From NCBI GenBank assembly GCA_008690995.1, contig VRMN01000004.1:1426001-1490000 (forward strand): 64,000 nt of DNA. The letters are read 5' to 3'. The stretch is from Porphyridium purpureum. Its lineage: Eukaryota. Below are positions 57,794-64,000 of the stretch, in pieces. Below the pieces are notes generated by a model. The model did no database searches and had not been told where the DNA came from. It saw only the letters and a list, made by a program, of their open reading frames with translations. The first letter of the stretch is position 1; the number at the start of each line of letters is the position of its first letter. Made by a program: the position numbers and the translations under genes.

Positions 57794-59722
57794 TCATGGC
57801 TGTTGTAGGCGTTCGAAAAGCTGCCCCGCACTACCTTCGCGGCCGACTGTCGGGATGATACGGAGAGGGCGAAGCCAACGGCAGAACTCCACGAGCTCAT
57901 CGAAAGAGCTGTGCTCCGAGTACGGCGCTTCGTACAAAACGCAGTTCTTGCTCTGCATCCGATGCAGCGTAAGCTGCCCACCTTTAACGCTGTCTTTCGT
58001 CCGCCACGTCCATCCCGTCGGCCGAAAGCCTACCGCGTACTTGAATCGACTAGCGTTACGAGCCAGGAACTCGCGGAAATGGTTCATGTTAAGCTGTCCC
58101 ATCGGTACTATGAAAATATGTGGACGAGTGCTAGCAGATGTGTCCACCACATTCGAGATCCGCTCCCAGTCAGACAAAGGCAAATCAAGGCACTTCAGCA
58201 CGGCCTGTTTCCGTTTTGATACTACAAGCCGTGCGTCGAGCGCCTCTGCAAGCTCGAGATACACGCGCTCCTTACCAATGGTGTACGATCCGACAAAGTA
58301 CGCTACGTCGCGCCCACTAAATTGCTCACATCGTGCGGCTCGAAGAACAGCGTCGATGACTTGCCGCTGCGGAGGGAACGTGTACTGCTTGTTCGAATAG
58401 GTGGTGTCCAGGTACAAAACGTCAAGCCGGGTGTCATCCGTCGCATTTGTAGACAAAAGGCGCAGCGGTTCTTGAAGCTCGAAAATGGAGCGCTCGAAGC
58501 GACAGTCTCCACAATGGAGAATTCGCTTCCCTGTCGTCCAGACCAAAAAGAGAAACATGACCGAGCCAGGGCAGTGGTTTGCGTCCAGCGCAATGCACGT
58601 TGCTCCTCGTAATATGATGCCTTTTGCTGCGTCGTGACCTTGCTCCCTCTTGATTGCCTCGCGCGTCGCCAGCGATACGCCCTCATCATGAATTTCAACG
58701 GGCTTCATGAGGGGCAGCACGACAAACTGGCTGTCGCTGAGATTGAATTCGAGCTGCACAAGCCTCGCTGTGATCGAAGAACAAAAAATCTTCCACGGAA
58801 ACTTCCGCGAAAGCCCGCCATAATGATCTGAGTGGAAGTGACTGAGGAAAAAATTTCGACAGTGGCCAGGGTCAGCCCTGAATGAATCCACGGTGAACGT
58901 TGTCCCAGGTACACGCTTGTTAGGCGCATGCTGGTACTTTCGCTTGGTTGAATCAGTTCCCTCCGGTCCGACGTCACAAATTGCGTGCTCCGAAGCAAGC
59001 GCACTCTGCTCTCCTGTGGCATGCTCGCTCTTGATTCCGCGCCCGCGCTTGGCTTCAGGCTCTTTCCACTTGACCGGCCAACGCATGCTAGATGCCTTCT
59101 TTCGCATTTCCGCAGGTTTGTAGCTACCTCCACGTTGTCCACCAACTGAACCATCAAGCCCGACGGAGACGCCTTCATCTTTAGCGGAGAGCCCCTCGGC
59201 CGGCTTTTCTGTGGATGATAGAGCCAGATAAGCGCAGGCGCCCCTCGGCGCTTCGTGTTCTGTGAATTTTCCGGCACGGCAGGTTTCTGTCTGCTTTTTC
59301 CCTGCAGCCGACCGAAACGGCCACGCAGCCAGTGACTTTGATGTTGAAGATCCCTTGGATGTACTTTCAGGCCGTGCCTTCTGCGACACGAGCTCGACGA
59401 CGTCATCTGCATCTACGTCAATGACATAATCCACCATTGCCGGATTTTCGACATGTGTTTGGGTGCCCTCCTGTTCACTCTTTGTTTCCGCAAGTGCCTT
59501 GCCAAGATCCTGTTCATTTTGCAGTTCCAGACACGCTCCAAGTACCGGTTGCTCAGGCCCTCCGGTCCTAACATTTTCTGAGGCTGACGCTGCGGCGTTC
59601 GTGCCGCCGGGGAGCCTTCTGCGCTTCAGACTGTGACTGTCACAGAAATCCGAGTCATCGCTGAGCGGCATATCCCAGCCTGAGTGCTCGCCATTGGCGC
59701 GCACGTCTACTGCGCGCTTCAT
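57794..59722 (-). CDS. DNA cross-link repair nuclease SNM1/PSO2 (MBL beta-CASP)
   Basis: FTVDSF, FLSHFHSDHYGGL, DANHCPGS, HCGD, YLDTTY, YTIGKER, RPTGW, YSEHSSF. Confidence 0.93.
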   Translation of the reverse strand: MKRAVDVRANGEHSGWDMPLSDDSDFCDSHSLKRRRLPGGTNAAASASENVRTGGPEQPVLGACLELQNEQDLGKALAETKSEQEGTQTHVENPAMVDYVIDVDADDVVELVSQKARPESTSKGSSTSKSLAAWPFRSAAGKKQTETCRAGKFTEHEAPRGACAYLALSSTEKPAEGLSAKDEGVSVGLDGSVGGQRGGSYKPAEMRKKASSMRWPVKWKEPEAKRGRGIKSEHATGEQSALASEHAICDVGPEGTDSTKRKYQHAPNKRVPGTTFTVDSFRADPGHCRNFFLSHFHSDHYGGLSRKFPWKIFCSSITARLVQLEFNLSDSQFVVLPLMKPVEIHDEGVSLATREAIKREQGHDAAKGIILRGATCIALDANHCPGSVMFLFLVWTTGKRILHCGDCRFERSIFELQEPLRLLSTNATDDTRLDVLYLDTTYSNKQYTFPPQRQVIDAVLRAARCEQFSGRDVAYFVGSYTIGKERVYLELAEALDARLVVSKRKQAVLKCLDLPLSDWERISNVVDTSASTRPHIFIVPMGQLNMNHFREFLARNASRFKYAVGFRPTGWTWRTKDSVKGGQLTLHRMQSKNCVLYEAPYSEHSSFDELVEFCRWLRPLRIIPTVGREGSAGQLFERLQQP

Positions 59723-59914
59723 CACGCCACTCAAGCCCGACGAAACCGAGCAAGACGCGGTCAAGCTCTTGCCACACAATAATCACAACAGAACGCGCAA
59801 ACTCTCTCTGCCTCGTTGCCAGCTCGACACGAGCGAGAGATGCCGGTGGAGGTTGAAGGGCGTTGCCGGATATCACACTGGCCGGCACAGGCTGGGAGAG
59901 AAGATTGACGAAGC

Positions 59915-62506
59915 ATGACGCTGGCTTGGACGCGCGCGCGGGATTGTCCAAATCGAGGCTGCATGGAGCCTGGATTTCAGTGTATGTCGGTGCCTGGACT
60001 GGAACAGACGCGTCGTGTGGCCAGACGAGATGGGACCTGTCGACCTGTGCGCACGTCCGCCCGTGCTCCGATGAGAGCCTTTGTGCCAAAGAAGGTGGTT
60101 GCAAGGTCTTTGTTTGTGCCGTACGAAAGGGTAGGCTCGAACAAGATGTGTTCGCCACGCACGGATCTTATTGTGGCATGTGCGTCCCCGGAAGATGATT
60201 CGTCTGTGACTGAACGACTTAAGTACGCCTTCAGCGATGTATTTCGGCGTTTTGGTCGCGGGCAGAGCAAGACAATGTCGCGCATCGAAGGCAAGGTTGG
60301 AACCGATGCAGAAACAGACAGCCGTGCGGAAGACTCGTCTGAGGATGACGATCCTTGGTATTCGGCGCTTCAGAGCTCGAGCATCGGTCAGTTGATAAAT
60401 TTCAGCAAGCTTGAGAAGTCGCTTCCATCTTTAGACTCGGCGAAAGGTCAGCTCGAAGCGCTCCAATTCTTAGAGGAAGTCCAAAAGGCGCTCAGCGGCA
60501 GCGATGAGGATCAAAGTGGTGAAGAAGGAAAAAGTGGAGGTGAGAGTGACACAGAAGGCACTGCGGGGCAGAACTGGGACTTGCTCGGACAGGTCAAAGC
60601 GCTTCTTTCTTTCGCACGAGGATCTGATGGAGAGCCTGCTGAGGAGGGGGAGAATAGTACCGCTCGCTTGTCAGCGGGTGCGAGAGCTTTTCTTAGCGAA
60701 AAGCTTGGCATTCCGGACTTAGCTTCACAGGAAAAAAGCGTGGAGGAGATGAAAATGGAACTGTCGTCTCTGTTAAAGTCCGAATCCAAGACAGAAAAGT
60801 CAGATTTTTCGTCCATGATCCAGGCGAGTATTTCTGAGGTGCAATCGCTCCTGGACGATGGTCTGCGAGCCACGTTCGCAATGGACGCGTCTAAATCATC
60901 CGAAGAGAAGGAAGAATTTCTGGAAATCGCGTATCAGCAGTATCTGAGATCCATAGGATGGGCAGATGAACAGATTCAAGTGAAACCGCCAAGCACGGAT
61001 GAGACCTTTGAGCCAATGCATCTGCCGATCTGGGCAGCATATGCATTTGATGCCTACCTGGACCCAGTCGGCGGGTTCTGGCAAAGGCTGGTCACAGGCT
61101 CGCGCGTAAACTTTACTTCATCGTCGCTGGTGTCTAAGACATTCGAGGCTCTGTTGCACATAGATGTGGACGGCATCAAACTGGGCACGGGGAAGAAGAT
61201 TTCGAGCCCTTCAAATATGAAGATTGTTATGCAGCAAGGCGAAATGCTGCAGACCGACATCACTTTGACTGATAAGGGTGCGACCATGCGTCCCATTTTT
61301 CTTTACGTGCAGAGCGTACGCGAACCCCTTGTCATTGAGATCTTTCGCGAAGCAAGCATGATGGACGGGCGAAAGCTGTACGGATCTGCGCGATTGGACG
61401 TTTCCCAACTTGTCGACAAACACTCTGCAGGTGATAACACTTGGCACGAGATGAAGTGCATCGTGAAAGATGCCGAAAATCCGGATAAAGACGAAATCAC
61501 CTTGGACGTCAGGATCACAGGCTTTTGTCTGAAAAGCGCTCAGGGTGCAGAGGAGCACATTCAAGAAAAGAGCGACAACGAGCAGATGAGCAAGCAGGAG
61601 GCACAACTGCTGATTGATTCGCTGAGCGCGGCCGAACTTTTGGATTTGGAGGATGTCAGCTGGGACGCTCTTGCAGATCTCGTGGGCATGCATCATTTTG
61701 CGCCACGACGGGCCGAGCGCTTGCTATTCTTAGATAATGAGGAATACGATACTCAACTACGCATCTGGGCTGTGCGTGATCAGAAGTTTCTCATTGTCGC
61801 CTTCCGAGGAACGGAGCAAAACCAATGGAAGGACTTTGTCACGGACTCACTCGTCGGACTGCAACCGTTCGTGAGCGGACAAGAAGACGTCAATCTTGAC
61901 TTTAACTTTGATGATTACCAGAACCGAGTGGCTGAGCAGAGCTGCGTGCACTATGGTTTTCTGCGCGCATACGCAAGCGTACGCCAGGAGCTGCGTGCCT
62001 GCGTGGCATCATACTTTAAAGTCACAGGTGAAGATATGTCGAGGTGGACCATCTGTTCACTCGGGCACTCCCTTGGCGGTGCTTTGGCCACGCTGTTTGC
62101 AGGCGACGCAGCGTGCTGGTTCTCGGAACCAGGAGCGCGTGTCATCATGCGAAATTTCGGCTCGCCCAAGGTTGGAAACCTAAAGTACGTGATTGATTAT
62201 AACGAGCGGGTGCCTTCTTCGTTCCGCGTCGTGAACGAGACCGACGTTATTGCCCGGATGCCCCGTGGCAAGTTTCATCATGTTGGGTACACTTGCTTGG
62301 TGAGCAAGGATGGGAATGTTTGGGTCGATGACTTTAAGGGGGAGGACCCAACCATGAGCAGATTCAGCAAGTCCTTTGCAGAGATGATCGAGTCGGAGCG
62401 CAACATGATGCAATCCCTGCTGCAGGGAAAGTCGCTCAATGACCACTTCGAAGTTGCATACTTTCAGACCGCGATGAACCTTGTGCCTCGAAGCGCAGTG
62501 GCATGA
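59915..62506 (+). CDS. Class 3 lipase with C2-like domain (plant HIL1-like architecture), probably organelle-targeted
   Basis: AFDAYLDP, FLDN...DTQ..IW, VAFRGTEQ..WKD, VHYGFL.AY, GHSLGGALA, FGSPKVGN, RVVN..D. Confidence 0.88.
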   Translation: MTLAWTRARDCPNRGCMEPGFQCMSVPGLEQTRRVARRDGTCRPVRTSARAPMRAFVPKKVVARSLFVPYERVGSNKMCSPRTDLIVACASPEDDSSVTERLKYAFSDVFRRFGRGQSKTMSRIEGKVGTDAETDSRAEDSSEDDDPWYSALQSSSIGQLINFSKLEKSLPSLDSAKGQLEALQFLEEVQKALSGSDEDQSGEEGKSGGESDTEGTAGQNWDLLGQVKALLSFARGSDGEPAEEGENSTARLSAGARAFLSEKLGIPDLASQEKSVEEMKMELSSLLKSESKTEKSDFSSMIQASISEVQSLLDDGLRATFAMDASKSSEEKEEFLEIAYQQYLRSIGWADEQIQVKPPSTDETFEPMHLPIWAAYAFDAYLDPVGGFWQRLVTGSRVNFTSSSLVSKTFEALLHIDVDGIKLGTGKKISSPSNMKIVMQQGEMLQTDITLTDKGATMRPIFLYVQSVREPLVIEIFREASMMDGRKLYGSARLDVSQLVDKHSAGDNTWHEMKCIVKDAENPDKDEITLDVRITGFCLKSAQGAEEHIQEKSDNEQMSKQEAQLLIDSLSAAELLDLEDVSWDALADLVGMHHFAPRRAERLLFLDNEEYDTQLRIWAVRDQKFLIVAFRGTEQNQWKDFVTDSLVGLQPFVSGQEDVNLDFNFDDYQNRVAEQSCVHYGFLRAYASVRQELRACVASYFKVTGEDMSRWTICSLGHSLGGALATLFAGDAACWFSEPGARVIMRNFGSPKVGNLKYVIDYNERVPSSFRVVNETDVIARMPRGKFHHVGYTCLVSKDGNVWVDDFKGEDPTMSRFSKSFAEMIESERNMMQSLLQGKSLNDHFEVAYFQTAMNLVPRSAVA

Positions 62507-62612
62507 CGCGAAGTTTGATGCGGAGCGAAAAGACGTGGCTACAAGTAGCCTTGCCTGCTCAGAAAGCTTGGGATTTTCTTCGCAATCCTTTTCTTTTTGT
62601 CTCCCACTTGCT

Positions 62613-63182
62613 CTATACGTCATAGAAACGATTTGCAAGCGCTTCGTCTGAAGCCAAATCTTCCATGCTTCCGCATGTGTAGCAAATGGTGCCATCACAA
62701 CTGTCACGCAAGCTTTCAAGAGAAGCGTTCAGACTACCTGGAATTCCCATCAATGTCCGACAGACACGGCATTCACGCTCCAGCATTGCAATGAAAACGC
62801 GCAAGCCATCAGACGCTCCACAGATGAACGTGGGTCTTCCTGATGGCAATGATGACGGCAGTCCCAGTTCAGCCAACCGCGTCTCATGCTTGCACTTTTC
62901 GACAAGCCAAGGGAGTATCTGCATTGGATTTGCCACTCTTGGCCAGCGCGTCGCGATAAACGTGCGCCACTCGCCATCCATCCTTTCACTCACCAGTGCG
63001 TCCCACTTCCGACACACGCTGCGCAAGCGAAGCAACTCTTTCCAGCCCCCGCAAGCGCGCAGTATGACCAGCTCAACTTCATCTGGCAAGTCCATCTCTG
63101 TCCGTGACAGCCTTCCACGGTTATCGCCGCACCTTCGCTCACATGCTCTCTCCGCCACTGCAACACCCAGGCACGACTCCAT
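62613..63182 (-). CDS. F-box domain protein (alternative start 63095)
   Basis: MDLPDEVELVIL...ELLRLRSVCRKWDALV F-box motif; two CxxC pairs (CRVC, CYTC) downstream. Confidence 0.7.
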   Translation of the reverse strand: MESCLGVAVAERACERRCGDNRGRLSRTEMDLPDEVELVILRACGGWKELLRLRSVCRKWDALVSERMDGEWRTFIATRWPRVANPMQILPWLVEKCKHETRLAELGLPSSLPSGRPTFICGASDGLRVFIAMLERECRVCRTLMGIPGSLNASLESLRDSCDGTICYTCGSMEDLASDEALANRFYDV

Positions 63183-64000
63183 CCGAGAACACGCGCAGGC
63201 AGAGCGACAGAGAATGCAAGCGAGTGAAAGCACGAAGGAGAGACCTCAAGCACGCGTGGCTGTGTTGATCAGTGATCCATCCATGGATCCATCCATCATT
63301 ACATCCGCCTTGCTGCTGCGTCACGTCCAGCTCGGACCCTTGACTCCAATCCGGCGCACTTTCTCGTCTAACGACTAAACAGTTTCTCGGTCCGAACCAC
63401 TTCCACGCCACGGTACAGTACGTTATGTACAGTGCCTCACGCTAGGGTTGCCTGCTTACACGATCCGATCTGCCAAACACCGTGCGTGCGTTTGCAGCGC
63501 GCGAATCGACGTCCCGGCACAGGCGAGACATTGCATTTGTGTGAGAGGCGATAGTGGAGAGGAGAATGGCAGGGGGTGCATGAGGTTCCAAGCGCACTGC
63601 CTTGTGCAACCACCAGTCAAAAACAGCACACGGTAGCAAGGGTTGCCGACGCGTGGAGTAAAGCAACTTGCTTCCGTGACACATGCGCAGCAATATCTAC
63701 GTCAGAAAGCCGGAGAACGATGTTGCGCGGAACTGCGTGTGCAGCTCACGCTCCAGTGCCAGAAGTCAAGGCTCGGACCTCTGCTGATATCCAGGTTGCG
63801 GACGCCGGCGGCGTGCGATAAGAGGCATGTGTTAAAATGCCGCGGCGATGGTCCGCGACATGCACATGCAGACGTATACTTGAAATCGGACGATGCTCGC
63901 GCCATGCGCCTTTGCTATGTGCTCCTGCCTTTTCGGTTTCGCGAAAGTATCGCCAGACATGATTGTATTCACTAATTAAACAAAATCTACCCTGCGTGGG

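Noticed and set aside
63379..64000. Short ORFs at the window end
   Set aside because: No recognisable product, and the context is truncated.

Overview
Gene-dense, almost intron-free, GC-rich eukaryotic nuclear DNA, most likely a unicellular red alga such as Porphyridium. This is an inference from M-x-AFV-type plastid transit peptides, a nuclear phycobiliprotein-like gene and the single-exon architecture. About 37 protein-coding genes can be called, mostly housekeeping: MSH6, RPS18, Pumilio, RPLP1, COQ7, DBP9, SCO1, TUTase, MTR3, eIF2A, UBA2, NPR2, a HECT ligase, ATP23, VPS25, SNM1 and others. The standout is a circularly permuted tRNA-Leu(AAG) gene at 36442-36548, with its 3' half upstream of its 5' half. 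It has an upstream TATA element, flanks that pair into a bulge-helix-bulge splice motif at 37/38, and a T6 terminator. Other notable items: a bacterial ArdA-like antirestriction (DNA-mimic) gene; a nucleus-encoded, plastid-targeted allophycocyanin-like protein that keeps its bilin-binding Cys; a ubiquitin-like/STI1/chlamydial-Mip-like FKBP fusion with a degenerate active site; a HUWE1/Tom1-type ligase lacking its N-terminal half; and a recurrent GTACAG(T) promoter motif that includes a 32-bp phased triplet. All family assignments come from recognising motifs by eye; no database searches were run.
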